NCBI GenBank assembly: GCA_038063815.1
Contig: JBBTUJ010000002.1
Location: forward strand, 6,511 to 70,510
Origin: Patescibacteria group bacterium
Lineage (GTDB): Bacteria; Patescibacteriota; Minisyncoccia; Phycocordibacterales; EsbW-18
Reading direction: 5' to 3'
Length of the DNA stretch: 64,000 nucleotides
Shown: piece by piece, positions 18,881-29,236 of the stretch
How the letters are laid out: the number at the start of each line of letters is the position of its first letter
Numbering within the stretch: the first letter of the stretch is position 1
Program-made: the position numbers and the translations under genes
Notes under the pieces: generated by a model
What the model was told of the DNA's origin: nothing
Databases searched by the model: none
What the model saw: the letters and a program-made list of their open reading frames with translations, nothing else

Positions 18881-19852
18881 ATGGCATTCAAAAATAATTC
18901 AATTTTCTGGGTCGAAGTCGAAAAGGTTGTACCAAATCCGTATCAACCACGACGTTTTTTTGACGAAGGTAAACTCAAGGAGCTTTCTGAATCAATTCGA
19001 CAGTACGGAGTACTTCAACCGCTGGTTGTAACACAACGTGAACATTCACGAGAAGACGGCGGACTGTCTGTACAGTATGAACTCATTGCCGGCGAGCGAC
19101 GATTGCGCGCGTCCAAAATGGCAGGGCTTACGCATATACCCGTAATGATTCGTGACGAGGAACAAAGCGAACAGATTAAACTCGAGATTGCCATCATTGA
19201 GAACCTCCAGCGTGAAGATATTAATGCTATCGAGCGCGCGAAAGCATTTAGCCAACTTGCCGAACAGTTCAAGCTCTCGCACGGAGATATTGCGAAAAAA
19301 GTCGGTCGAAGCCGCGAATATGTTTCAAACACAATCCGCCTCCTCATGCTTACCGCAGAAATGCAGCAAGCACTTGCGGAAGGGAAGATTACCGAAGGGC
19401 ACACGCGGCCACTTCTTATGCTTGTTGATCGACCGGAGGAGCAGCAAACTCTCTACAGAGAAATCATCCTGAAAAAGATCACCGTGCGTGATGCGGAGCA
19501 GATTTCGCGCAGAATCGCAACGGACAAGGTTAGGAAACGCGAACGGATGTATGATCCAGATATTGTCGAGCTCGAGAACCAGGTCTCAGAAGTGCTGGGC
19601 ACGCGTGTTCGTGTTGAACCAACCGGGGTTGGCGGACGAATTCTCATCGATTTCTTCTCACAAGACGATGTGCGCAAGATTCTCCATCTTTTGAACGGCG
19701 AAGAAAAGAATGGCGTTCTCACGACAACAGAAAATTCTACCGAAGCGGAGATCTCTCCTAAAGAAAATAGTGAAGATACCTTACCTGACCAGCAGGCAGG
19801 GAAGTCAGATGCTGACGATGACCTTTACGCGGTGACAAACTTCAGCGTTTAG
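18881..19852 (+). CDS. parB: ParB/Spo0J-family partition protein (no adjacent parA)
   Basis: ParB N-domain GERRLRA box and HTH. Start moved to the ATG at 18881, downstream of the tRNA. Confidence 0.8.
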   Translation: MAFKNNSIFWVEVEKVVPNPYQPRRFFDEGKLKELSESIRQYGVLQPLVVTQREHSREDGGLSVQYELIAGERRLRASKMAGLTHIPVMIRDEEQSEQIKLEIAIIENLQREDINAIERAKAFSQLAEQFKLSHGDIAKKVGRSREYVSNTIRLLMLTAEMQQALAEGKITEGHTRPLLMLVDRPEEQQTLYREIILKKITVRDAEQISRRIATDKVRKRERMYDPDIVELENQVSEVLGTRVRVEPTGVGGRILIDFFSQDDVRKILHLLNGEEKNGVLTTTENSTEAEISPKENSEDTLPDQQAGKSDADDDLYAVTNFSV

Positions 19853-21318
19853 TTCTTAGCATTCTCCAACGCGTTTCGGATCTTCTTTTTTGCCGTATTT
19901 GTTTTTGTCCACTCGAGCCATTTTCGAGACGGTCGGGAATTTTCTTTTGTTTCAATCGTTACGATATCGCCCTGGGAGAGCTTTGTTGAAAGAGCAACGA
20001 ATTTGCCGTTTATGCGTGCCCCGTGTGCGTGGTCGCCAAGATCGGTGTGGATTGCGTACGCAAAATCAATAGGTGTTGCTCCAAGGGGTAGGTCAACCGC
20101 TTCGCCATTTGGTGTAAAGACGATGATTCGGTCGTTGAAAAAGTCACCTTTGAGGTTTTTAATGAATGTTAGGTTCGATCCCCCTTCTTCGTGATCTGCG
20201 AGCTCGTGAAGCCACAAGGGGGGTCCGCTTGTGGGAAGTTTGAGTACATTTCGAAGAGCGCGAAGGTCGTCCTCTTGGTGGGTGCTCTTTTCTTTGTATG
20301 AGACGTGAGATGCGATACCGAATTCTGCGTGGTCATGCATTGCTTGTGTCCGAATTTGGATTTCGACAACCGCACCATCTCCTGTAAATATCGTCGTGTG
20401 CAAGCTCTGGTATCCGTTTACTTTCGGAACAGCAATATAGTCCTTGATACGCCCCGGGAGCGGACGCCACTTTGCGTGGATGAGACCAAGAGCAAGGTAG
20501 CAATCCTCGATGCTCCCAAGAATGATTCTCAGAGCAGCGATATCGTATACCTTTTCAATATTCATCTCTTTTTGTTTGAGCTTTTTGTATAAGCTGTACA
20601 GATGCTTTACGCGGTGGTCCATCGCGTGGACGGTGATATCGTTGTCTTTCAGTATTGTCGCAAGGGCCTGTGTGATATGTGTGAGGTGTACAAATGTTTC
20701 AGCGCTTTTTTCTTCCAAGACACGACGAGTTTCCGCATACTCTTTTGGATACGCAATTTCAAACGCACTGTCTTCGAGGGCGCCTTTTATTTGTCCAATA
20801 CCCAAACGGTGGGCGAGCGGTGCATATATTTCTAACGTCTCAACGGCAATCCGCATCTGTTTTTCACGGGGAAGGGCGCGAATAGTCGAGAGGTTGTGAA
20901 GTCGGTCGGCAAGTTTTATGAGAATGACGCGCGGGTCTTGTGCTGTTGCAATAAAAAGTTTGCGGAGCGTCTTCACGTGTCGCTTAAGGCCCCGGTACTT
21001 CAGTTTTCCGAGTTTGGTGACGCCGTTTACAAGAAATGCAATCTCTGCGCCAAATTCCTTCTCAATTTTGGAAAGGGTTACCCCCGTATCCTCAACGGAG
21101 TCGTGGAGAAGCCCCGCTGCGATTGTTGCAGTATCCCCACCCACCTCGGCGAGTGTTCGGGCAGTTTCTACAAGATGAGAGAAATAGGGATCGCCTGATT
21201 CACGTTTTTGTCCCGCGTGTGCCTTCTCGGCAAAAGTATATGCGCGCAGAAGAATGTCTTGCTCAGCAGGAGATCTGCTTTTGAAATCAGGAAGAAAGGA
21301 GTCAATACCAGTTTCCAT
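19849..21318 (-). CDS. Bifunctional (p)ppGpp synthetase/hydrolase, short Rel/SpoT homolog (HD + synthetase + TGS, no ACT domain)
   Basis: HD motif HDSVED, RelA_SpoT synthetase region, and a C-terminal TGS-like region. 489 aa. Confidence 0.85.
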   Translation of the reverse strand: METGIDSFLPDFKSRSPAEQDILLRAYTFAEKAHAGQKRESGDPYFSHLVETARTLAEVGGDTATIAAGLLHDSVEDTGVTLSKIEKEFGAEIAFLVNGVTKLGKLKYRGLKRHVKTLRKLFIATAQDPRVILIKLADRLHNLSTIRALPREKQMRIAVETLEIYAPLAHRLGIGQIKGALEDSAFEIAYPKEYAETRRVLEEKSAETFVHLTHITQALATILKDNDITVHAMDHRVKHLYSLYKKLKQKEMNIEKVYDIAALRIILGSIEDCYLALGLIHAKWRPLPGRIKDYIAVPKVNGYQSLHTTIFTGDGAVVEIQIRTQAMHDHAEFGIASHVSYKEKSTHQEDDLRALRNVLKLPTSGPPLWLHELADHEEGGSNLTFIKNLKGDFFNDRIIVFTPNGEAVDLPLGATPIDFAYAIHTDLGDHAHGARINGKFVALSTKLSQGDIVTIETKENSRPSRKWLEWTKTNTAKKKIRNALENAKN

Positions 21319-21337
21319 GACTTAGAATACCACAAAA

Positions 21338-23551
21338 TTATTTTTTCTTTTTCCGTGCAAATCGACCACGGCCGACCTTTTTTGGTTCTTTGAGTATTGC
21401 GAGAGCGCGGGGAAGTTCTATGGCATATGCGTCGTCCTCTTTGAGTGAGCGAAAATCACCATCGTGCACGATGTATGGCCCGAAGCGTCCGATATTCGCG
21501 CTTACCATCTTTCCCGTCTCGGGATTTTCTCCGAGTTCTCGGGGGAGTGAGAGATATTTGAGTGCCTCTTCGAGGGTCACCTCTTCGGAATTCTTTTCTT
21601 TGGGAATGCTTGCCCGTCGTGGTTTTGGCACTTTTCCTTTTGCCCCCTTTTCTTTTTTCTGTGCGACACCGAGTTGTACATACGGACCATAGGGACCAGT
21701 GAGAACGAAAATGGGCTCGTTCGTCGCTGGATCGTTTCCGATTGCTTCCGGTGCTTCTATTTCCTTTCCTTCAATTGTTCGCGCACCTGTGCACTCAGGA
21801 AATCGGGCACAACTCATGAACTTCCCGTTTTTTCCCAACTTGATGACCATGTCGCTTCCGCAGGTAGGGCAGGGGAACTCCTTTGGTGCGGGTCCTAAGT
21901 CGGTAATCTTTCCCGCTTCTTTTGTTTTCTTCGCGACCTCTTTTGTGAAGGGGGTGTAAAAGTCCTCAAGCGTTTTTCTGTATCCTCGCTCACCCCGCGC
22001 AATCTCATCGAGTTCGTTCTCCATCTCTGATGTAAATGAGTCACTGATGTATTCCGTAAAATTCTTCTCAAGGAAAGTGCTCACGACATCTCCGGTGTCT
22101 GTGGGTGTAAGTGTTCGTCCTTCTTTTGTGACGTACCCGCGGTCTTCGAGCGTCTTGATAATCGACGCATATGTCGAAGGGCGTCCGATGCCTCGCTTCT
22201 CGAGTTCTTTGATGAGTCCCGCTTCCGAGTAGCGCGATGGTGGTTGTGTTTGTTTTTCTGTATCTTCGAGTTTCAAAAGTGTCAGAAGTTCTTTTGCAGA
22301 AACAGGAGGAAGTTCAACATCTTCGCCCCGTGCCGCTGTGTCCGCCGCAAGCCATCCAGGAAAAAGAACGCGACTTCCAACAACACTGAACGGAGGGACA
22401 ACAGGATTGTCTGTCGCTGTTGTTATTTTTGTTTGCATCAATTTTGCTGGTGTCATCTGGCTCGCGAGAGAGCGCGTGCGGATGAGGCGATATAAACGCT
22501 GTTCATCTTCTGTGGCACCGGCCTCTTCGGTTCCCGGACGTGTAGGACGAACTGCTTCGTGTGCTTCTTGTGCGTTCTTGCTCTTGCTTTTGTATACCGT
22601 TCCTTGCGCATACTCTTTTCCGAATAGTTTTTCAATAACGGAGAGGATCTGTTTCTGTGCCTCTTGTCCGAGATTCGTGCTGTCCGTGCGCATATAGGTG
22701 ATGTGTCCCGCCTCGTACAGTTTCTGTGCCGCGCGCATCGTGCGGAATGGGGAGAATCCAAGACGTGTGCTTGCCGACTGTTGTAATGTGGATGTTGTAA
22801 ATGGTGCGCGCGGGCTACGGGATACCTCTGTCTCTTTTATTTCACCGATGCTCCACGCTGCTTTTTTCCCATGCGAGAGTATCTCGTCAACACGTTTTCG
22901 ATCGCGGGGTTCCTCGCTTGCGGTAACGAGGATTTCCTGGCCGGCCTTTGTTTTTGCGAGTGCGGTTAATATCCAGAATGTTTCCGGATTGAATGCTCGT
23001 ATTTCTCGCTCTCGCTCCATGAGAATGCGGAGCGCAGGGGATTGCACGCGACCTGCAGAGAGGCCGTATCGGACCTTCTTCCAAATGAGTCCGGAGAGGT
23101 CGTATCCCACAAGGCGGTCAAGAACGCGTCGCGCTTCCTGTGCCTGCCGCAAGTCATCATCAATATCGCGTGGATGAGCAACGGCTTCCTCAATCGCCTC
23201 TTTTGTTATCTCGTGAAAAACAATCCGTTTTATTTTTTCTTTCTTTGCATCGAGCCCAAGCGCTTCCACAAGGTGCCATGCGATTGCTTCTCCTTCGCGG
23301 TCGGGGTCGGTTGCGAGGATGACGTCATCCGCTTTTTTGAGTGCGGCTTTGAGGTCTGCGATGACGGCCTTTTTTTCGGGGACGATCTGGTAGTGCGGAA
23401 CAAATCCACCTTCGATGTCGATGGCATTCTTGTTGCTCTTCGGAAGATCGCGCACATGTCCGACAGATGCTTTGACGATATATCTGTCACCGAGATATTT
23501 CTCGATGGTCTTTGCTTTCGCGGGGGACTCGACGATAACAAGTGTAGTCAT
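21338..23551 (-). CDS. topA: DNA topoisomerase I
   Basis: TOPRIM (LVIVESPAKAKTI), catalytic Tyr region, C-terminal Zn-ribbon CPTCG...C. 737 aa. Confidence 0.95.
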   Translation of the reverse strand: MTTLVIVESPAKAKTIEKYLGDRYIVKASVGHVRDLPKSNKNAIDIEGGFVPHYQIVPEKKAVIADLKAALKKADDVILATDPDREGEAIAWHLVEALGLDAKKEKIKRIVFHEITKEAIEEAVAHPRDIDDDLRQAQEARRVLDRLVGYDLSGLIWKKVRYGLSAGRVQSPALRILMEREREIRAFNPETFWILTALAKTKAGQEILVTASEEPRDRKRVDEILSHGKKAAWSIGEIKETEVSRSPRAPFTTSTLQQSASTRLGFSPFRTMRAAQKLYEAGHITYMRTDSTNLGQEAQKQILSVIEKLFGKEYAQGTVYKSKSKNAQEAHEAVRPTRPGTEEAGATEDEQRLYRLIRTRSLASQMTPAKLMQTKITTATDNPVVPPFSVVGSRVLFPGWLAADTAARGEDVELPPVSAKELLTLLKLEDTEKQTQPPSRYSEAGLIKELEKRGIGRPSTYASIIKTLEDRGYVTKEGRTLTPTDTGDVVSTFLEKNFTEYISDSFTSEMENELDEIARGERGYRKTLEDFYTPFTKEVAKKTKEAGKITDLGPAPKEFPCPTCGSDMVIKLGKNGKFMSCARFPECTGARTIEGKEIEAPEAIGNDPATNEPIFVLTGPYGPYVQLGVAQKKEKGAKGKVPKPRRASIPKEKNSEEVTLEEALKYLSLPRELGENPETGKMVSANIGRFGPYIVHDGDFRSLKEDDAYAIELPRALAILKEPKKVGRGRFARKKKK

Positions 23552-23680
23552 GCTGTCAGTAGATACTACACATACGTTTCTTTTGCAAATTTTCGTATCT
23601 CATAACCCAGAAAAATTTTATATGACGCACGAACGCCCCGGGGTCACCGGAGCGCGAGGGAACAAAGACGACCCGTGTGG

Positions 23681-23959
23681 TCAAGCCCGTTTGCACGGGG
23701 GACATTTTGGACCAGCAACAAACCATGTCCCGCATGCAGCACACTTTCGCTGTTTGCCGTCGTGGGCGCAAAGGCCCGTTATAAGCAGGCCCACGACGGC
23801 CGCTCCCCAGAAAGTGCCGTTCCAGACACTTTGGGGGTGTCCGAAAATCAGATGGGAGATTCCCCCGATCACGGACCCAACGAGTCCGCCAAAGATTCCG
23901 CTGGCCAGCAGAATGACAAAGAGGCCTCTTACGGTTCTTGCTATGCCGCGAAACGTCAT
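23681..23959 (-). CDS. Hypothetical small membrane protein with a C-terminal CxxC...CxxC zinc ribbon (GC-rich insert gene)
   Basis: AGGGGGA SD 7 nt upstream, three TM helices, C-terminal CAACGTWFVAGPKCPPC. GC-rich codons unlike the flanking topA and dprA. Confidence 0.4.
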   Translation of the reverse strand: MTFRGIARTVRGLFVILLASGIFGGLVGSVIGGISHLIFGHPQSVWNGTFWGAAVVGLLITGLCAHDGKQRKCAACGTWFVAGPKCPPCKRA

Positions 23960-24039
23960 CTGGGTTCCCCCTGAGGTAGAAGTGCGTGGTGTGCAACCTA
24001 TTCCCTTTATATGCTTACTAAACTACGAAGTCAATTTCG

Positions 24040-24912
24040 TCACGCACGTTCCATTTTTCCGAGGCGCTCAGTGAGGATTCCTTTTATTTCCATCGTTGAA
24101 ATGACAATTTGTGCTTGTGAGAGTGGCATTCCTGATACTCGAACAACTTCATCTCGTGTCATCGGCTCTGTAAGTAATTTAAAAATCTTTTGCTCCTCGT
24201 CCGTTATGTCTTTTCTCTGCACATCGTTCATTGTTTCTTGTTCGTCTATCTTGATTTTAAGTACCTCTAGGATATGTTTACTTTCGCACACGGCCTGTGC
24301 TCCTTCGCGCAAGAGCGCATTTGAACCGTTTGCGGAATCCGAAAGGACAGACCCCGGAACGACAAGAACGTCGCGGTTGTACTCCATCCCGAGACGCGCG
24401 GTTATAAGCGTTCCTGATTTTTCTGATGCCTCGATAATAAGGATGGCGTGGGACATTCCCGCCATGAGGCGATTACGTTCGGGGAAACTCCACACCCCCG
24501 CTTTTTGCTCAGAATCATATTCAGAGAGGAGTGTGCCGCCCTCGCGAACGATGCGTCGCGCAAGTCCGACATGTGCTCGAGGATACAAAATATTTTCACT
24601 AAGGCCCGACCCCGGGACGGCGATTGTTGGTAATCCGGCAGAAATCGCGGCCTCATGCGCGATGCCATCAATTCCCAAAGCAAGCCCGGATACAATCGCG
24701 ACGGGGTATCCGGAAAGTCCTCGTATCAATCGTTCGCAAACATTTTTTCCATATGGTGAATAACGTCTCGAGCCGACGACACAAAGGTATTTTGTTTCGG
24801 GCGGTGGAAGCGCACCTTGTATAAAAAGGCGCTTCGGCGGGTCCGTGATCTCACGAAGAAGGGGAGGAAAGCCGCTTTGGGGAATGGAACGGATATCCAT
24901 AGCGGTATCCAT
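24040..24912 (-). CDS. dprA: DNA processing protein DprA (Smf)
   Basis: Rossmann-like DprA domain (GLALGIDGIAHEAA, SGTLITA) plus a C-terminal winged-helix extension. dprA upstream of topA is a conserved linkage. Confidence 0.85.
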   Translation of the reverse strand: MDTAMDIRSIPQSGFPPLLREITDPPKRLFIQGALPPPETKYLCVVGSRRYSPYGKNVCERLIRGLSGYPVAIVSGLALGIDGIAHEAAISAGLPTIAVPGSGLSENILYPRAHVGLARRIVREGGTLLSEYDSEQKAGVWSFPERNRLMAGMSHAILIIEASEKSGTLITARLGMEYNRDVLVVPGSVLSDSANGSNALLREGAQAVCESKHILEVLKIKIDEQETMNDVQRKDITDEEQKIFKLLTEPMTRDEVVRVSGMPLSQAQIVISTMEIKGILTERLGKMERA

Positions 24913-24953
24913 GCGGCATACTATATACTAGGGCGCATAAAGCCCGTCTCAAT

Positions 24954-26231
24954 ATGCTTGATATACATTTTATCCGTGAGAACAAAGACGTTATCCGCGA
25001 AGCGGCGCGCAAAAAGAATGTGACGCTGAATTTGGACGCGCTTCTCACGCTCGACGATACCCGCCGCGAACTTACCCAGAGTGTTGAGAAAATGCGCGCG
25101 GAACAGAACGTCGTGTCTGACAAAATCGGCGGCGGTGATGTAAACAAAGACGCTCTCGTGAGCGAGATGCGTCGTCTCAAAGAAGAACTCGAAAAAGAAG
25201 AAGAAAAACTCAAAAAGGTGCTTGTTGAGTGGCGCGAGATGATGCTTCAGGTTCCGAATGTGCCTGACCCCTCTGTTCCGGAAGGAAAGAGTGACGCGGA
25301 GAATCAAGAAATAAAAGTGTGGGGGGAAAAACCGCAATTCAACTTTACTCCACGGAGCCATATCGATGTCATGAAAGATCTCGACATGGTTGACTTTGAA
25401 CGTGGAACGAAAGTGCATGGTTTCCGCGGATACTTTCTCAAGAATGACGGCGCACTTCTTTCGTTCGCGATTTGGCAGTACGCAATTGATTTTTTTCTTC
25501 CAAAAGGGTTTGAATTTATGATTGCACCTGCCGTTGTTAAAAAGGCGAATCTGTATGGCACGGGGCATTTACCAAACGATGTCGAAGATATCTATAAAAC
25601 ACAAGATGATGATTATCTTGCCGGAACCGCGGAAGTTCCTGTCATGGGATATTTTGCAGACGAAGTGCTTGCAAAAGAGGTATTGCCAAAAAAGGTTCTT
25701 GCATTCTCGCCGTGCTTTCGTCGTGAAGCGGGAAGCCACGGAAAAGACACGAAAGGGCTCATCCGCGTTAACGAGTTCTATAAACTTGAGCAGGTAATAC
25801 TCTCCGAAGCAAGTCATGAAGAATCGGTGAAGTGGCATGAGTGGTTGAACAGGAACACGGAAGAGTTTATTGAGTCGCTCAAAATTCCGTACCATACGGT
25901 CATCAACTGTGCGGGTGATTTGGGTTTGGGGCAGGTAAAGAAATATGATGTCGAACTCTGGGTACCACTTGAAGAAAAGTATCGTGAGATAAGTTCTGCA
26001 TCCTATTTTCACGATTTTCAAACGCGTCGCTTCAATATCAAATATACAGACGGAGATGGAACGCGTCGCTTCACGCATTCTCTGAATTCCACGGCAATTC
26101 CGACACCGCGTATCCTTGTTTCTTTGATCGAGAACTATCAAGAAGAAGATGGGTCAGTTCGCATTCCTGAAGTGCTTCGCCCATACATGAGAGGAAAAGA
26201 GAGGATCACTAAAAAAGTTACAAGTTCATAA
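24954..26231 (+). CDS. serS: Seryl-tRNA synthetase
   Basis: N-terminal coiled-coil arm and class II motifs (FRRE, GLGQVKKYDVELW, TRRFTHSLNSTAIPTPRILV). Confidence 0.95.
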   Translation: MLDIHFIRENKDVIREAARKKNVTLNLDALLTLDDTRRELTQSVEKMRAEQNVVSDKIGGGDVNKDALVSEMRRLKEELEKEEEKLKKVLVEWREMMLQVPNVPDPSVPEGKSDAENQEIKVWGEKPQFNFTPRSHIDVMKDLDMVDFERGTKVHGFRGYFLKNDGALLSFAIWQYAIDFFLPKGFEFMIAPAVVKKANLYGTGHLPNDVEDIYKTQDDDYLAGTAEVPVMGYFADEVLAKEVLPKKVLAFSPCFRREAGSHGKDTKGLIRVNEFYKLEQVILSEASHEESVKWHEWLNRNTEEFIESLKIPYHTVINCAGDLGLGQVKKYDVELWVPLEEKYREISSASYFHDFQTRRFNIKYTDGDGTRRFTHSLNSTAIPTPRILVSLIENYQEEDGSVRIPEVLRPYMRGKERITKKVTSS

Positions 26232-26305
26232 GGTTATAAGGTTCATCAAGAAAGCCGTCTGCTTCTTTATAACTTTATAAACTTTAAACTTGATACACTA
26301 GGTCC

Positions 26306-27184
26306 ATGCGTCCTCGCCGATTCAGGACAGAGCGCGTAGCCGTTGAGCACCGTAAACGCGTACGGGTCAATGTGGTCCTTTATGGTGTGCTCGGGGTGAG
26401 CATCTGTCTTGTGATTCTCGCATTTTCATGGAGTCCGCTTCTTGCGATAGACCGTATTCTTGTCGTTGGCAAAACAGGAGTACCAAAGGAAGCACTGTTC
26501 GACGTGGTTGAAAAAAAGAGCACTGGCCGTACGTTCTTTCTTTTTTCAAAACGGAACATACTGTTTCTTCAAAAAAATCACATTCGAGAAGAACTGCACG
26601 CGTCATTCCCGCGCCTTGGGTCTGTTGAGATAGAACGCGATGGTCTACACCGCATCGTTGTTTCTGTTTCTGATCGTGTGGCGGAGGGTATGTGGTGTCC
26701 GCCTTGGCCGACGCCAGTCGAGGCAGGTCCGCCCGAGGAAGCAGAAAAAACAACTGATTGTTATTTCATTGATGAGGTAGGATTTGCATTTGATAAGGCA
26801 CCGCGCATCACCGGCGAAGTGTTCATGGTGTATCGCCGTGAGATGCCGGACGAGCCGCTTGCGCGCCACATCACGGGAATCCAAGAATTCGAAGCGCTCC
26901 ACGCCCTTACACAAGAACTGCAAACACTCGCGATTTCTGTCTCAAGTGTTCTGTGGAGAGAAGATGCGCTGGTTTTGAGTGGCCGGTACACAACGCCAAA
27001 GATTTCTGGTGACATAGAACTTCTTATACCGCCGCGTCCACCATACGAAACTGCTCTCCAAAATCTTCTTTCACTCCTCGAATCCTCTGACACAGAGTAT
27101 GTCGAACGTGTTATGACAACGAGCGAGTATATTGACCTTCGGTTCGAAAACAGGATTTTTTATAAAAAAGAAGGTGGGGAATAG
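26306..27184 (+). CDS. FtsQ/DivIB-like cell-division protein (POTRA domain), isolated from other division genes
   Basis: Basic N-terminus, one TM helix, POTRA-like region, then a beta domain. Assigned by architecture only. Confidence 0.55.
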   Translation: MRPRRFRTERVAVEHRKRVRVNVVLYGVLGVSICLVILAFSWSPLLAIDRILVVGKTGVPKEALFDVVEKKSTGRTFFLFSKRNILFLQKNHIREELHASFPRLGSVEIERDGLHRIVVSVSDRVAEGMWCPPWPTPVEAGPPEEAEKTTDCYFIDEVGFAFDKAPRITGEVFMVYRREMPDEPLARHITGIQEFEALHALTQELQTLAISVSSVLWREDALVLSGRYTTPKISGDIELLIPPRPPYETALQNLLSLLESSDTEYVERVMTTSEYIDLRFENRIFYKKEGGE

Positions 27185-27228
27185 GAAACGGGCGGGGGAT
27201 GAGCCCCGCCCGCGTCCAGGAGGAAGGT

Positions 27229-27378
27229 CTAGAGCACCAAACTCGGCACCAGCCGCTTCGCATGCGTGGCGTGACCCCCATTGAGGGCCTTTCTTGCGGC
27301 TTTCTGTTGTCGGCGGCGAGCTTTCTTCTGCGCGGCCCTTCTCAGCCGTTCACTGAGGGGACGCTTGTTGATCGCCAT
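27229..27378 (-). CDS. Hypothetical 49-aa highly basic protein (MAINKRPLSERLRRAAQKKARRRQQKAARKAL...)
   Basis: AGGAGGAG SD 8 nt upstream of the ATG. GC-rich insert. Not assignable to a ribosomal protein family by eye. Confidence 0.3.
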   Translation of the reverse strand: MAINKRPLSERLRRAAQKKARRRQQKAARKALNGGHATHAKRLVPSLVL

Positions 27379-27472
27379 GCGTGTCGCTCCTCCTGGTTGT
27401 GGCCTTGGTAGGCCGGGTCCACTAAAAAATGTAACATTTGAGCCATTCTGGGGCAAGTGATATGGTTGTCAT

Positions 27473-28435
27473 GTGGAAAACTCTTTTTGGAAAAAACTCA
27501 AGAAACCATTTTTCTGTCTCGCACCTCTTGCCGATGTTACTGATCCTGCGTTTCGCCGCATTATCGCAAAGTATGGAAAGCCCGACGTGCTCTGGACCGA
27601 ATTTGTTTCCGCGGACGGTTTGTTCCGTGGTGGCTACGATGCGCTCATAGGAGATCTCGACTATACAGAGGAGGAGCGACCGATTCTTGCTCAGTTTTTC
27701 AGCCGTGAGCCGGAATATATGGTGAAGGCGGCGGAACTCGCGATATCCATGGGATTTGACGGTATTGATATCAACATGGGGTGTCCGGATGAAAATGTAT
27801 GCAAGCAGGGCGCAGGCGCAGCGATTATAAAAGATCCAGAACGTGCGAAGGAAATAATCCGCGCGACACAAGAAGCGATCTCAAAATCAAAACGGCCGAT
27901 TCCTCTTTCTATAAAAACACGCATCGGATACAACACGAATGAGATTGAGACATGGCTCCCGGCCTTGCTTCAAACAAAACCATCAGCAATAACTGTTCAC
28001 GGACGAACGAAGAAAGAGATGTCAAAAGTGCCAGCGCGCTGGGATGTTATTGCGCGCGCAGTTGAGATACGAAATGAAATAGCGCCCGAGGTTCTCATCA
28101 TCGGTAACGGGGATGTAAAGGATCTTGATGATGCGCACGCGAAAGTCAAAGAATCAAAATGCGACGGCATCATGTTGGGGCGTGCGATATTTGGGAACCC
28201 CTGGCTTTTTGGAGGAGTGCCGCGACCTGATCTACCAGAACGTCTTCGAGTTCTTGTGGAACACATCATGCTTTTTGACGAACTCCTCTCAAAACGAAAA
28301 TCATTTGCGACTATGAAAAAGCATTTCAAATCCTATGTTCATGGTGAGGGTGGTAACAAGTCGCTTGTAATGGCACTTATGGAAACAAAGACACCCGCAG
28401 AGGCCTTGGAAGTAATTAAAAACTTTCCAAAATAA
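27473..28435 (+). CDS. tRNA-dihydrouridine synthase
   Basis: Dus TIM-barrel motifs (LAPLADVTD, DINMGCP, catalytic-Cys region). Confidence 0.85.
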   Translation: MENSFWKKLKKPFFCLAPLADVTDPAFRRIIAKYGKPDVLWTEFVSADGLFRGGYDALIGDLDYTEEERPILAQFFSREPEYMVKAAELAISMGFDGIDINMGCPDENVCKQGAGAAIIKDPERAKEIIRATQEAISKSKRPIPLSIKTRIGYNTNEIETWLPALLQTKPSAITVHGRTKKEMSKVPARWDVIARAVEIRNEIAPEVLIIGNGDVKDLDDAHAKVKESKCDGIMLGRAIFGNPWLFGGVPRPDLPERLRVLVEHIMLFDELLSKRKSFATMKKHFKSYVHGEGGNKSLVMALMETKTPAEALEVIKNFPK

Positions 28436-28441
28436 AACAAG

Positions 28442-28467
28442 CGGCCGTCGCGGGAACGCGACGGCCG
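28442..28467. terminator. Perfect 11-bp stem hairpin (cggccgtcgcg-ggaa-cgcgacggccg); bidirectional terminator candidate
   Basis: Lies between the convergent dus and 28490..29086 genes. U-rich run on the minus-strand side. Confidence 0.5.
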
Positions 28468-28489
28468 AGGCGGTACTCCTCTTCCGGTG

Positions 28490-29086
28490 TTACTGGTTGA
28501 GGAGGAGAAGATCTTCGATCTCGATAGAGCGGACGACTGCCTTCACTGCTTCATAGCGCGCTCGTGCGCGCTCATGAATGTGTCGCACCGTTCTGCCAAG
28601 CCCGAGGTACACTTCCTCGCCGGCACCAAGAACTTCTTGCAGGACCACATCTGTAGCGGGAAGGGCGGGACCTGATGGTACCCGCATCTCTCCCATGCGT
28701 TGTAGAAGTTCGAGGAGGGAGACCGTTGTCGTCTCCAGGGTAGCAACGTGCTCCCTTTCCTTCACGACGACGATACACCACTCGCCGTCAACAGTGAACC
28801 CGTAGAACCACTGGTCGACTCCGGTGGGCGCGTTCTCTAGTAGTGCCCAGGCCCTGCTAAAGAGTCGAAAGTGTCCGTACAGATTCCACCTCTTGTCGTC
28901 GACATGTTTGGTGCCTTTGTTTCCTGGCACCTGTGAATACACGTCGGTGAATTTCGTTGGTGTGAATGTTGCAAACAGCACAAAGAGCGTTTTGGCGCGC
29001 CGCTCGATGAGGCGCACCCACTTTTCTGGGCTTGTGACTCTCTGACTGCACATCCGCACGACAGGATTTCCCCTCAGATTGCTCAT
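28490..29086 (-). CDS. Hypothetical protein, 198 aa, GC-rich codon usage
   Basis: GAAGGAG SD 6 nt upstream of the ATG at 29086. No recognisable domain. GC3-rich codons unlike the flanking dus and dnaX. Confidence 0.5.
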   Translation of the reverse strand: MSNLRGNPVVRMCSQRVTSPEKWVRLIERRAKTLFVLFATFTPTKFTDVYSQVPGNKGTKHVDDKRWNLYGHFRLFSRAWALLENAPTGVDQWFYGFTVDGEWCIVVVKEREHVATLETTTVSLLELLQRMGEMRVPSGPALPATDVVLQEVLGAGEEVYLGLGRTVRHIHERARARYEAVKAVVRSIEIEDLLLLNQ

Positions 29087-29236
29087 CCTCTACTCCTTCT
29101 CTCCGGCTGGCGCACCTGCCGGTTGTATTGAGGGGCGCACCCCTCGGTCCGGAAGGAGTATGCCTTACATATCATTCTCGGGTCAATGAATACAACGTAC
29201 AAAAGAGTGTAATCAAGGCATGGTATACTCGTTCAT

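Noticed and set aside
23415-24074. 219-aa plus-strand ORF and 146-aa minus-strand ORF in the topA-dprA spacer
   Set aside because: Both are artefacts of the stop-poor GC-rich insert. Only the 92-aa minus-strand frame has an SD, TM helices and a zinc-ribbon pattern.
29087-29236. Possible SRP (4.5S/scRNA) gene upstream of dnaX, suggested by a UCC-GGAA-GGA tetraloop-like motif and the known scr-dnaX linkage in Firmicutes
   Set aside because: The flanking sequence does not reproduce the conserved symmetric and asymmetric loops of SRP helix 8. The motif instead follows a GAGGGG-CGCA-CCCCTC hairpin. The 5-prime part (tactccttctctcc) is better explained as the complement of the GAAGGAG Shine-Dalgarno of the minus-strand gene at 29086. 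A covariance-model search would settle it.
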